Part shown: one piece after another, positions 1 through 9,533 of the stretch | Numbering within the stretch: the stretch's first letter is position 1 | Layout of the letters: each line of letters starts with the position of its first letter | From: an uncultured Chloroflexia bacterium | GTDB lineage: Bacteria; Chloroflexota; Limnocylindria; Limnocylindrales; CSP1-4 | Direction: 5' to 3' | Length of the DNA: 64,000 nucleotides | NCBI GenBank assembly: GCA_963813335.1 | Contig: CAWEYL010000007.1 | Span: forward strand, 15,447 to 79,446 | Program-made: the position numbers and the translations under genes | Notes under the pieces: generated by a model | Databases searched by the model: none | Told to the model about the DNA's origin: nothing | What the model saw: the letters and a program-made list of their open reading frames with translations, nothing else

Positions 1-941
1 GTCGACTCCAGGACGATGACGATGACCGACGCGAGGCAGGCCGCGGCCACGAGCTCGAAGAACCCGCGCCTCGCGTAGTCCGCGTAGGCCATCCCGTTCG
101 CCGCCCGGCCCCCGAAGAGATAGGCGAACTGGAGACCCACGAACAGGCCGATCACGAGGTCGACCAGTGCCAGGATGACCAGCGCCTCGGGCAGGCCGAG
201 GATGCGCGTGTCGGGCGTGAGCGCCGTGCGGCTCGCGGCACCGAGCGACGCGGTCTCGAACGGCGGGATCCCGCGGGCCGAGACCGAGACGACGCCGGCC
301 GCCAGCCAGCCCGCCGCGACGATGAACAGGAGTCGGCCCGGCAACCCGCCGAGGTCGACGCGGAACCCGAGGACCGTGCCCAGCGCCCGGCTGAAGACCG
401 GGTCGGCCGACGCGAACAGGACCGCGAAGATCAGGGCGAGCGGGACGGCGACCACCAGGCCGCGCGCCACGGCGTACGACCACTCCGGGAGCCGGTGCGG
501 TTCGCCGCCGGGCGCGGGACGGGCGTCCATGACCGCCCGGACCGGCTCCGCGACGGCCGAGCCGATCACCCAGGCGCCCATCGCGGCGATCACCGACGCC
601 GTCCGGCGCGTGACGGCCAGCCCCGAGAACGCCGCGGCGGACGCGCCGCAGCAGGCGAGCGCCACCATCGAGTCGAGGACGGCGAGGAACGGGTCGCCGC
701 GGACCGCCACGAAGAGGGCCAGCACCACGGCGCTCACCGGCAGCCACGCATCGAGCGGGTCCGGCGCGCGGCCCGGCCGGCGCACGAGCCACGCGGCCGC
801 GAGGAGGCCGATCGTGCCGATCGCCACGTTGATGCCGAAGGCGCGACCGTCGAACAAGAGCTCAGCGAGCAGCCCGAGGGCCAGGCCGGTAGCGAGCAGA
901 CGGCGCGCGAGGACGCGGTCGGCCGGGGGCGTGGTGGGCAT
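1..941 (-). CDS. DUF4153-like membrane protein, runs off window start
   Basis: Manual translation from ATG 941: MPTTPPADRVLARRLL..., hydrophobic, with ...YADYARRGFFELV motif typical of DUF4153; absent from ORF track because there is no stop in the window. Confidence 0.7.
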   Translation of the reverse strand, partial: MPTTPPADRVLARRLLATGLALGLLAELLFDGRAFGINVAIGTIGLLAAAWLVRRPGRAPDPLDAWLPVSAVVLALFVAVRGDPFLAVLDSMVALACCGASAAAFSGLAVTRRTASVIAAMGAWVIGSAVAEPVRAVMDARPAPGGEPHRLPEWSYAVARGLVVAVPLALIFAVLFASADPVFSRALGTVLGFRVDLGGLPGRLLFIVAAGWLAAGVVSVSARGIPPFETASLGAASRTALTPDTRILGLPEALVILALVDLVIGLFVGLQFAYLFGGRAANGMAYADYARRGFFELVAAACLASVIVIVLES

Positions 942-1083
942 CGGATGGGACCCTCCGAAATTGGCCGGTCGGTCGGGCTGCACGACCCCGGCGGTCGGGT
1001 CTCGGACGATGCGCGCCCGGGTCGTGTGTCGCCCCGTCGCGCCGGACGCCGAGGCGGCCGGTCCGCGTGGCACCATGCCGGAC

Positions 1084-1902
1084 ATGACGGACCAGGGCGA
1101 GCGCTACGACCGGATCGCCGCGGGCTACGCGCGCTGGTGGGCGCCCGTGCTCGCACCGGCGGTCATCGCCTTGCTCGAGCGGCTCGGGCCTGACGGGATG
1201 CCTCGCGACGCCCGCGTCGTCGACGTCGGGACCGGGACCGGCCAGCTCGCGATCGCGGCCATCGAGCGCTGGCCGTCGATCACCGTCGACGGGATCGACG
1301 TCTCGGCGGAGATGCGCGCGGCCGCCGACGCCGAGGCCGACCGGCGCCTTGCCCCGATGGTCCGCGGCCGCTTCCGAACCAGCGTGGCGACCGCCGACCG
1401 CCTGCCGTTCGACGACGGCGCCTTCGACCTCGCCCTGTCATCGTTCGTGCTCCAGCTGGTCCCGAACCGGCATCGAGCCCTGCGCGACGTCCGGCGCGTG
1501 CTCCGCCCGGGCGGCGCGTTCGCCTCGGTCACCTGGGTCGCGGGCCGGGTCGTCTTCGCACCGGATGACGCGTTCGACGACGCCCTCGAGGCGGTCGGCG
1601 AGGAGCCGCGCTGGTCGGACGGGCGCTCGGGCGACTTCGAGACCGCCGAGGCCGCGCTCCACGAATACCGCCGCGCCGGGTTCTCGGGCGTCGACATCGA
1701 GCCGGGCCTCGTCGAGCACCGGTTCGGCGTCGACGACTACCTCGCGTTCATGACCGAGTTCGACGAGGAGACGCTGATCGCGGAGCTGGACGACGACATC
1801 CGCGAGCGCTTCCTCGGGGACCTGCGCGCGCGTCTCGCCAGGCTCACGCCCGAGCAGCTGACGCTGCGGCTGCCGATCGTGTACGCCGTCGGCCGGCGCT
1901 GA
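1084..1902 (+). CDS. Class I SAM-dependent methyltransferase
   Basis: VVDVGTGTG motif I, LPFDDGAFD, RVLRPGG; start after CACCAT -10-like box. Confidence 0.85.
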   Translation: MTDQGERYDRIAAGYARWWAPVLAPAVIALLERLGPDGMPRDARVVDVGTGTGQLAIAAIERWPSITVDGIDVSAEMRAAADAEADRRLAPMVRGRFRTSVATADRLPFDDGAFDLALSSFVLQLVPNRHRALRDVRRVLRPGGAFASVTWVAGRVVFAPDDAFDDALEAVGEEPRWSDGRSGDFETAEAALHEYRRAGFSGVDIEPGLVEHRFGVDDYLAFMTEFDEETLIAELDDDIRERFLGDLRARLARLTPEQLTLRLPIVYAVGRR

Positions 1903-1919
1903 ACCCGGAGGACGGACCG

Positions 1920-1965
1920 ATGCTGTTCATGATCATCGAGCACTACCGCGGCGAGGGTCGGACCG
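1920..1965 (+). pseudogene. Probable 5' remnant of a DUF3303-like gene
   Basis: GGAGG RBS followed by MLFMIIEHYRG, which resembles the DUF3303 N-terminus (from memory); the frame then runs antisense into rplY. Confidence 0.4.
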
Positions 1966-1987
1966 GCGCGCTGACGCGCCGGGGACG

Positions 1988-2677
1988 TCAGCCGGCGTCG
2001 CCCTCGTCGCTCGACGATTCGCCGGCGGACTCGCCAGCGGCGCCCTCGGCCGCAGCAGCCTCGCCGCCCTCGGCCTCCTCGCCCTCGGCGACCACCGGGG
2101 CCTCCTCGATCTCGACGCGCGGCGCCTGGACCTTGGCGATGATCTCGTCGCCGTCGGTCACGAGGGTCACGTCCTCGGGGATCGTGAGATCGCGGACGTG
2201 GAGCGTGGTATCGAAGTCGACCAGCGACTCGACCGCGTAGGTGATGGACTCGGGCAGGTGATCGGGCAGCGCGCGGACCTTGACGCTCTCGGTCGGGTGG
2301 AGGAGGGTGCCCCCGCCGACCTCGACCGCCGGCGCGATGCCGGTGGCGACGAGCGGCACGTCGACCGTCAGCTCCTCGGTCATCTTGACCAGGAACAGGT
2401 CGACATGGAGCGTGCGGCGGTTGACCGGGTGGACCTGGACCCCGTTGACGAGGACCGGGCGCGACTTGCCACCGTCGACGCTCAGGTCGATCAAGGTGTT
2501 GCCGCTGGTGTGCCGGCGCAGCTGCTCGAACTCGTGCGCGTCGACCGTCACGTTCGCGGAGCCTTCGCCGTGCCCATAGACCACGGCCGGCAGCTTGCCG
2601 TCGTGGCGAAGGCGGCTGACGGCCTTGCCGGTGATGTCGCGGTGCGTGGCGACCAACGTCGGTCGGGCAGTGGCCAT
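1988..2677 (-). CDS. rplY: 50S ribosomal protein L25/Ctc
   Basis: RLRHDGKLPAVVYGHG, HPV...HVDL, Ctc C-terminal domain, acidic tail. Confidence 0.95.
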   Translation of the reverse strand: MATARPTLVATHRDITGKAVSRLRHDGKLPAVVYGHGEGSANVTVDAHEFEQLRRHTSGNTLIDLSVDGGKSRPVLVNGVQVHPVNRRTLHVDLFLVKMTEELTVDVPLVATGIAPAVEVGGGTLLHPTESVKVRALPDHLPESITYAVESLVDFDTTLHVRDLTIPEDVTLVTDGDEIIAKVQAPRVEIEEAPVVAEGEEAEGGEAAAAEGAAGESAGESSSDEGDAG

Positions 2678-2843
2678 TCGGAAGGGACCTCAGGACTCGG
2701 GTGGTGGTGGTTCGTCGGTGCCGGGCTGCGGCTCGCCGGCGGGGCCGGTTCGGCGGAGGCGCCCGGGTGCGGGCCGTACCTTACCACGAGGCCCCGTCGG
2801 CGGGCCAACGGGCACTCACGGCCGCGCGGTGTAGCATCGCCGC

Positions 2844-3542
2844 GTGGCAGCCACCATCCTCATCGTCGAAGACGAGCACGCGGTCGCGCGCGGCATCCAG
2901 TACGCCCTCCAGCAGGAGGGGTACGAGGTCGCCGTGGCCCGCTCCGGGGAAGAGGGCCTCGAGATCGCGGTCGACCAGGCCCCGGACCTCGTGGTGCTCG
3001 ACGTCCGCCTGCCCGGCATCGACGGGTTCGAGGTCCTGCGCCGCGTCCGGGCGGCGGGCGCCAAGATGCCGATCCTGGTGCTCACGGCCCGCGACGACGA
3101 GGTCGACAAGGTCATCGGGCTGGAGCTCGGCGCCGACGACTACCTGACGAAGCCGTTCGGGCTGCGCGAGCTGATGAGCCGGATCAAGGCGCTGCTGCGC
3201 CGGTCCTACGGCGACCTCGCGGACGCGAGCGGCGGCCGGGTGATCCGCCACAAGGACCTGATCATCGACCTCGAGCGGCGACGGGTCCAGCGCGGCGCCA
3301 ACCGGATCAGCCTGACCCCGACCGAGTTCGAGATCCTGCGCCACCTGGCCTCGCGGCCGGGCCGCGTCTACACGCGCTCCGAGCTGCTCGAGCTGCTGCG
3401 CGACTACGAGGCGCTCGACCAGGACGAGAAGACCATCAACGTCCACGTCAGCCATCTGCGCGACAAGATCGAGGACGACCCGGCGATGCCCGCGTTCGTC
3501 CTGACGGTGCGGGGTGTCGGCTACGCCTTCGCCGAGCGCTGA
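2844..3542 (+). CDS. OmpR-family response regulator
   Basis: Receiver motifs ILIVEDE, LDVRLP, GADDYLTKPF; wHTH end TVRGVGY. Confidence 0.95.
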   Translation: MAATILIVEDEHAVARGIQYALQQEGYEVAVARSGEEGLEIAVDQAPDLVVLDVRLPGIDGFEVLRRVRAAGAKMPILVLTARDDEVDKVIGLELGADDYLTKPFGLRELMSRIKALLRRSYGDLADASGGRVIRHKDLIIDLERRRVQRGANRISLTPTEFEILRHLASRPGRVYTRSELLELLRDYEALDQDEKTINVHVSHLRDKIEDDPAMPAFVLTVRGVGYAFAER

Positions 3543-3591
3543 CGCGACCGGGAGTCGTCGGATCCGGCTCCCGAACCGCCTGCGCCGGCTC

Positions 3592-5205
3592 ATGCCGCGG
3601 ACCTTCCAGGGTCGCCTGACCGTCGCGTTCGTCGCGGTCATCGCGCTGACCCTGTTCCTCGTGACGGTCCTGGTCCTGAACCGGCTCGACGCGTACTTCA
3701 CCGACCAGCAGCGGGCGGACCTGCTGTTCCGGGCGAATGCCGTGGCCGCCTACGTCAAGTACGAGACCGAGTACGCCGCCAGCGGCGGGCCGGTCGTGGG
3801 GCTCGACAACAAGGTCAACCCCGAGGTCGCCGCCCGGCTGATGGACCCCCAGGTCCAGAGCATCATGGCCGACGCGTTCGGCCAGGCCGACGTCTCCATC
3901 CAGCTCGGACAGGTCGTCAAGACCGGCGAGGGCATCGCCTTCATCCCCGCAGCCGACGGCCCCTTCATCGCCCCGAACCGCGTCCCGCCGACGGAGGGCC
4001 AGACGCAGGAGGCGACGACGATCGAGCCGCCGGTCGTGACGGGCGGGACGATCTGGGGTCCCTACGCGGCGAAGATCACCCTCTCGAACCCGTACACCTT
4101 CCGGGCCACGGCCATCGGCAACGTCACCGGGCTGCTGGCCGTCATCGCGCTCTTCGCCCTGGGACTCAGCGTCGTGGTCTCGGCGTGGCTGGCACGCCGG
4201 TTCACGACCCCGCTCCGCCAGCTCACCGATGCCGCGCGCGGACTGGCCGAGGGCGACCTCGCCCGGCGCGTTCCGATGCGCCAGGTCCGCTCGGGCTCGT
4301 CCGAGATCGCCGAGCTGGCCGTCCAGTTCAACGCGATGGCCGATCGCGTCGAGGAGAGCGTCGAGGTCATCCGCCGCGACCGCGACCGCGACCGCGACTT
4401 CCTCGCCGACGTCTCGCACGAGCTGCGCACGCCGCTGGCAGCGCTGCGAACGTTCAACGACCTGCTCAAGGAGCGCGCCGGCGACGACCCCGAGGCACGC
4501 GCCGAGTTCCTCGAGTCGAGCGGCCAGCAGATCGACCGCCTGGACTGGCTGGCCCAGAACCTGCTCGAGCTCTCGAAGCTCGACTCGGGGCTGGTCCTGC
4601 TCGACCTCCGCCCGGACGACATCCGGGCCGCCGTCGAGACCGCGGCGGACCAGACCGCGGCCGCGGCCCGCAAGCGCGGCGTGCGGCTTGAGGTCCGGCT
4701 CCCGGAGGTGCCGCTGCGGATCCGCCACGACCCGCAGCGGATCGGCCAGGTCGTGGCCAACCTCGTCGGCAACGCGGTCAAGTTCACGCCGCGCGACGGG
4801 TCCGTGACGATCGACCTCGAATCGTCGGCCGAGGGGGCCCGGATCATCGTCGCGGACACCGGCGTGGGCATCGAGCCGGCCGAGCTGCCCCACATCTTCG
4901 AGCGGTTCTATCGCGGCTCCCGGGCCAACGAGGCGCGCGGCAGCGGCAGCGGGCTCGGGCTCGCGATCGTGCGCTCGATCGTCGACATGCACGGCGGCTC
5001 GATCGTGGTCGAGAGCCGCGTCGGGGAGGGGTCGCGGTTCACGGTGGAGCTGCCGCGCGACCCGCGGTTGGTCGCAGGGACGCCGGCCGCCGAGCGTGCC
5101 GCGGTCCCCACGGCGGACGCGCCACGCACGCCGGAGGCCGGGCGGAACGTGACGGAAACTTCACCGACCGACCGCCCGCAGGTGAATCCTGAGCCTGCAC
5201 CCTAA
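3592..5205 (+). CDS. HAMP sensor histidine kinase
   Basis: Two TM helices, HAMP, SHELRTPL, NAVKFT, DTGVGI, GSGLGL; start uncertain (3514-3592). Confidence 0.93.
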   Translation: MPRTFQGRLTVAFVAVIALTLFLVTVLVLNRLDAYFTDQQRADLLFRANAVAAYVKYETEYAASGGPVVGLDNKVNPEVAARLMDPQVQSIMADAFGQADVSIQLGQVVKTGEGIAFIPAADGPFIAPNRVPPTEGQTQEATTIEPPVVTGGTIWGPYAAKITLSNPYTFRATAIGNVTGLLAVIALFALGLSVVVSAWLARRFTTPLRQLTDAARGLAEGDLARRVPMRQVRSGSSEIAELAVQFNAMADRVEESVEVIRRDRDRDRDFLADVSHELRTPLAALRTFNDLLKERAGDDPEARAEFLESSGQQIDRLDWLAQNLLELSKLDSGLVLLDLRPDDIRAAVETAADQTAAAARKRGVRLEVRLPEVPLRIRHDPQRIGQVVANLVGNAVKFTPRDGSVTIDLESSAEGARIIVADTGVGIEPAELPHIFERFYRGSRANEARGSGSGLGLAIVRSIVDMHGGSIVVESRVGEGSRFTVELPRDPRLVAGTPAAERAAVPTADAPRTPEAGRNVTETSPTDRPQVNPEPAP

Positions 5206-5268
5206 GGTTCACCAAACCCCCTCGGCCGCTCACCGGCCGCCCGCCACCGACAAGGACCACCGACCATC

Positions 5269-6693
5269 ATGACCGACGATCTCCAGCACGACCCCGCCGA
5301 TCCGGGCGAGGCGACCCAGCGCAGCGAGCTCACGCCCGAGGCCGCGGTCGACGCCACGCCACTGACCCCGGCGGCTCCCCTGACGCCCGCCGCCCCCGAG
5401 GCAGCGGCCGAGAGCTACTCGCCGACCCCCGAGACCCGGCCGGACTGGATCCGCACGTATGACGCGGCGCCGGCGACCCCGACCCCCGAGCGCTGGTACG
5501 AGCCGGCGACCGAGCCGGCCCCGGCCGTCGCCGTCGCGCCGACCACGACGAGGCGGTCGTCCGGCGGCCCGATCGTCGCGGCGGCGCTGCTCTCCGCCGT
5601 GCTCGCCTCCGGCGGGACGGTCCTCGCGCTTGGCGCCACCGGCGCCCTCGATCGCACGATCCCCGGCTCGAGCGCAGCCGCGACCGGCACCCAGGTCGGC
5701 GCGGTCAAGCCCGTGACCATCGACGAGAACTCGGCGACGATCGCCGTCGCGGCCCGGGTCAGCCCCGCGGTCGTACGCATCACCGTCACCGGCAACACCA
5801 ACAACGGCGACCTCGGGGTCATCCCCTCGACGGGCGTCGGCTCGGGCGTCATCTACGACAGCCACGGCTGGATCCTCACCAACAAGCACGTCGTCGAGGG
5901 CGGCGACAAGTTCGACGTCGAGCTCAAGGACGGCCGCGTCCTCGCGGGCACCGTCTACGGCATCGACACCCTGACGGACCTCGCGATCGTCAAGGTCGAC
6001 GGCACGGACCTGCCGAGCGCCGCGATCGGCGAGTCGGACGCGCTCAAGGTCGGCCAGCTGGTGGTCGCGATCGGCAGCCCGCTCGGCACCTACTCGAACT
6101 CCGTCACCAGCGGCATCGTCTCGGCGACCGGCCGCTCGATCACCACCGAGGGCTCGACCAAGCCGCTCAACAACCTCATCCAGACGGACGCGGCGATCAA
6201 CCCGGGCAACTCCGGCGGGCCGCTCCTCGACGCCGACGGCAACGTCATCGGCATCAACACCGCCATCGCGTCGGGCAGCAACGGCATCGGCTTCGCCATC
6301 CCGATCGACATCGCCCGCCCGATCATGGCCCAGGCCGTGGCCGGCCAGGCGCTGAGCCGCCCGTACATCGGGATCAGCTTCGTCAGCATCACCCGCTCCT
6401 TCGCCGACCAGAACAAGCTCCCGGCCCAGCAGGGTGCATACGTCGGCGCGGTCGACGCCAACGGGAACCCCACCGGGGATGCCGTCAAGGCCGACGGACC
6501 CGCCGCCAAGGCCGGGATCAAGGACGGCGACATCATCACCAAGGTCGGCGACAAGACCATCGACAGCGAGCACCCGCTCGACTCGGTCCTCAGCCAGTTC
6601 TCCCCGAACCAGACGGTCCCCGTCGAGCTCCTGCGCGACGGCAAGACCGAGACGGTCCAGGTCACGCTGGGCACCCGACCGGGCAACCTCTAG
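5269..6693 (+). CDS. htrA: HtrA/DegP-like serine protease with PDZ domain
   Basis: TNKHVV, DLAIVK, IQTDAAINPGNSGGPL, C-terminal PDZ, N-terminal TM. Confidence 0.92.
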   Translation: MTDDLQHDPADPGEATQRSELTPEAAVDATPLTPAAPLTPAAPEAAAESYSPTPETRPDWIRTYDAAPATPTPERWYEPATEPAPAVAVAPTTTRRSSGGPIVAAALLSAVLASGGTVLALGATGALDRTIPGSSAAATGTQVGAVKPVTIDENSATIAVAARVSPAVVRITVTGNTNNGDLGVIPSTGVGSGVIYDSHGWILTNKHVVEGGDKFDVELKDGRVLAGTVYGIDTLTDLAIVKVDGTDLPSAAIGESDALKVGQLVVAIGSPLGTYSNSVTSGIVSATGRSITTEGSTKPLNNLIQTDAAINPGNSGGPLLDADGNVIGINTAIASGSNGIGFAIPIDIARPIMAQAVAGQALSRPYIGISFVSITRSFADQNKLPAQQGAYVGAVDANGNPTGDAVKADGPAAKAGIKDGDIITKVGDKTIDSEHPLDSVLSQFSPNQTVPVELLRDGKTETVQVTLGTRPGNL

Positions 6694-6740
6694 GACAGCG
6701 GTCGGCGGCCCTGCCGCCGACCTCGATCCGCCACTCCTGA

Positions 6741-6771
6741 AACCGGCGTCGCCAACACTGCGACGCCGGTT
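6741..6771. terminator. Perfect 12-bp hairpin between convergent htrA and folB
   Basis: aaccggcgtcgc-caacact-gcgacgccggtt. Confidence 0.6.
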
Positions 6772-6784
6772 CTCCATATCTGCA

Positions 6785-6902
6785 GGCGGCGGTCAAGCCG
6801 GTCAGGGCAAGGCGCCGGGGAGCAAGGGAGCGAGCGCACCTCACGGTGCGTGAGCGACCGGCGGACCCGGCAACGCGGCCCTGATCGAGCAGGACCGCTG
6901 CC
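6785..6902 (+). repeat. Dispersed palindromic REP-like element, copy 1
   Basis: Core ggagcgagcgcacctcacggtgcgtgagcga within nested inverted repeats; second copy on minus strand at 52833-52950. Confidence 0.7.
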
Positions 6903-7272
6903 TTATGCGGAACGGTCGCGGCGGATCTCGACGGCGGCGTGATCGAGCGGGCCAGCGAGGCGGACCGCCGGCTTGCGGACTCGGACCACGACGGTGTCCA
7001 CGGCATCGAACCGCGTCAGGAGGGCGCCCGCGACCGCCTCGGCCAGCGACTCCAGCAGGTTGCGCGGACGGTCCGTCGAGCACGGCCGCGACCTCGTCGT
7101 AGGCGAGGCCGTAGTCGATCGTGGCGGCGAGGTCGTCGGATCGGCCGGCGGCCGCCAGGTCGAGCCAGAGCTCGACGTCCACCTCGAACGGCTGCGCGGT
7201 CTCGCGCTCCCAGTCGTGCACCCCGTGCCGCGCCTCGAAGCGCAGGTTCGTCAGCACGATCCGATCGCTCAC
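6903..7272 (-). CDS. folB: Dihydroneopterin aldolase (+1 frameshift near 7066, probable sequence error)
   Basis: SDRIVLTNLRFEARHGV..Q PFEVDVEL..SDDLAATIDY, then shifted frame NLLESLAE..VRVRKP; overlaps folP stop. Confidence 0.85.
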
Positions 7273-8171
7273 GGGGTCGACCCCTCCTGCCAGGTGCCGC
7301 GGACGATGGCGTCGCTCATCCGGGCGGCCCGGACGTTGGCGGCGACATCGTGGACGCGAACGATGTCCACGCCGTTGGCGATGCCGAGCGCCGTGGTGGC
7401 CAGTGTGGCCTCCAGCCGCTGGTCCGCCGGCAGGTCCAGGACCTTGCCGAGCGTCGACTTGCGCGACGTGCCGAGCAGGATCGGCCGGCCGAGCGCCGCC
7501 AGCGCATCGAGGTGACCGAGCAGCTCGAGGTTCTGGCCGGCCGTCTTCCCGAAACCGATGCCCGGGTCGACGATGAGCAAGGCGCGCGGGACCCCGGCGG
7601 CGATCGCTCGCTCGATGGCGGCGCGCAGCTCGTCGACCACCTCGCTCGTGACGTCGCGGTAGACGGGCTGCGCCCGGTTGTGCATCACGATCAGCGGGAC
7701 TCCGCGGGCCGCCGCGAGTCGGGCCAGCGCGTCGTCGGGGCCGACCCCCCAGATGTCGTTGACGGCGTCGGCGCCCGCGTCGAGCGCGGCCGCGGCGACC
7801 GCGGCCTTGGTCGTGTCGATCGTCAGGGGCGTGCCCGGCAGGGCTGCCCGCACGGCCGCGACCACCGGCAGGACCCGGGCGCGCTCGTCGGTCTCGCTCA
7901 CCTCGGCGTGGCCCGGCCGGGTCGATTCCCCGCCGATGTCGAGGAGGTCGGCGCCCTCGTCGACCATCCGCTGCGCCTGGGCGACCGCCGCGCCGACCGG
8001 GTCGCCGCCCGCGAGCAGGCCGTCGCCGGAGAACGAATTCGGCGTCACGTTGAGGATCCCCATCACGTAGGTCCGGGCACCCCAGGCGAAGGTCGTCGGG
8101 CCGATCGTGGTCGGCTCGATCGACCGGCGGACGGCCGGCGGGGTGGCGATGGTGGTCGGGTCGGGGCTCAT
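7269..8171 (-). CDS. folP: Dihydropteroate synthase
   Basis: MGILNVTPNSFS, DIGGESTRPG, DPGIGFGK, SRKS, VRVHDV. Confidence 0.96.
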   Translation of the reverse strand: MSPDPTTIATPPAVRRSIEPTTIGPTTFAWGARTYVMGILNVTPNSFSGDGLLAGGDPVGAAVAQAQRMVDEGADLLDIGGESTRPGHAEVSETDERARVLPVVAAVRAALPGTPLTIDTTKAAVAAAALDAGADAVNDIWGVGPDDALARLAAARGVPLIVMHNRAQPVYRDVTSEVVDELRAAIERAIAAGVPRALLIVDPGIGFGKTAGQNLELLGHLDALAALGRPILLGTSRKSTLGKVLDLPADQRLEATLATTALGIANGVDIVRVHDVAANVRAARMSDAIVRGTWQEGSTP

Positions 8172-9514
8172 CGCGTCTCGTCGATGGGGTCGCGCAGCAG
8201 CGGGTCGTCGACCAGCCTGGCGCGGATCGCCCCGACAAGATAGAGCGAGCCGGCGACCACGACCGGGCCGGCCGCCCCGTCCAGCGCCCGCTCGAGCGCG
8301 GTGGCCGGGTCGGCCGCGACGACCGGCGCCGGGTCGCCGGGCCGGGCCGCGCGCCAGCGGGTGGCCAGCTCGGCCGCGGGCATGGCCCGCGGCAGGCCGA
8401 CGGCGGTCGCGATGACCCGGGCGTCCGAGAGCGCGGTCGATGTAGAGAGCGCGGCGATCACGCCGTCGACGTCCTTGTCTGCCATCGACGCGGTGATGAG
8501 CGTGACCGGGCCGGGCGTGAGGTGGCCGCGCAACTCCTTGAGCGCGGTCGCGAGGGCGGCGGCGCCGGCCGGGTTGTGGGCGCCGTCGAGGAGGATGTCG
8601 CGGCCGTCCACGACCAGGAGCTCGAGCCGCCCCGGCCAGGTCGCCCTTGCATAGCCGGTCCGCCGCGCCTCGTCGTCGACCCGGGCGATGCCGGCTGCCT
8701 CGAGGGCGTCGAGGACCGCGTCGGCGACCGCGACGTTGGCGCCCTGGTGCCGTCCGAGCAGGCCGACACGGGTCCGGCCGAGGCGCCGCAGCTCGACCGT
8801 GAGCCCGTGGCGATCCCAGTCGAGCACCGGGGCCGGCTCCACGACGGTCAGCGGTGCGTTCATCCGCCGCGCGCGGCGGCGGACCACGGCCAGGGCGTCG
8901 CCCGTCGCGCCCGTCACGGCGAGGTCGCCCCGCTCGATGATGGCGGCCTTCTCGCGGGCGATCAGCGGGATGGTCGGCCCGAGCCGGTCGGTGTGGTCGA
9001 GGTCCACGTTCGTGATCGCCGCGACGCCACCATCCCAGGCGTGGGTCGCGTCGAGGCGTCCGCCGAGCCCCACCTCGACGATGGCGAGGTCGAGGCCCGC
9101 GCTCGCGAAATGGCGGAAGACGATGGCGGTCAGCAGCTCGAACTCGGTCGGCGGCCCGAGGCGGCGGGCCACGCGATCGGCAGCCGGCAGCACCTCGCTG
9201 ACGAGCTGGGCGAAGGTCGGCGCGTCGATCGGCCGTCCGTCGACGACGATCCGCTCGCGATAGCTCACGAGGTGCGGCTTGGGTGTCTCGCCGACGTGCA
9301 GGCCGGCCGCGCGAAGGGCGCTCCCCGCGAGCGCGAGCACGCTGCCCTTGCCATTGGTCCCCGCGACGAGCGCGCCGCGCACCGCGAGCTGCGGGTCGCC
9401 GAGCTCGCGCAGCAGGGCGCGCGTCCGGCCGAGGCCGAGGCGGATCCCGAACCGGCCGCGGTCCTCGATGGCGCGCAGCGCGTCCGCGTAGGCGCGCTCG
9501 GCGGCGGCCGTCAC
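8168..9514 (-). CDS. folC: Folylpolyglutamate synthase/dihydrofolate synthase
   Basis: VAGTNGKGS, EVGLGGRLDAT, WPGRLE, LDGAHN. Confidence 0.95.
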   Translation of the reverse strand: MTAAAERAYADALRAIEDRGRFGIRLGLGRTRALLRELGDPQLAVRGALVAGTNGKGSVLALAGSALRAAGLHVGETPKPHLVSYRERIVVDGRPIDAPTFAQLVSEVLPAADRVARRLGPPTEFELLTAIVFRHFASAGLDLAIVEVGLGGRLDATHAWDGGVAAITNVDLDHTDRLGPTIPLIAREKAAIIERGDLAVTGATGDALAVVRRRARRMNAPLTVVEPAPVLDWDRHGLTVELRRLGRTRVGLLGRHQGANVAVADAVLDALEAAGIARVDDEARRTGYARATWPGRLELLVVDGRDILLDGAHNPAGAAALATALKELRGHLTPGPVTLITASMADKDVDGVIAALSTSTALSDARVIATAVGLPRAMPAAELATRWRAARPGDPAPVVAADPATALERALDGAAGPVVVAGSLYLVGAIRARLVDDPLLRDPIDETR

Positions 9515-9533
9515 GCCCGTCCCCCCGCGCCCG

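Noticed and set aside
175-1083. N-terminal 300 aa of the 575-aa ORF and many other long alternative-frame ORFs
   Set aside because: Shadow ORFs antisense to or overlapping real genes, expected at this GC content; no recognisable motifs
4375-4398. (CGCGAC)4 repeat in the sensor kinase as a phase-variation tract
   Set aside because: In-frame RDRDRDRD in the coiled coil before the H-box; a 6-bp unit would not shift frame
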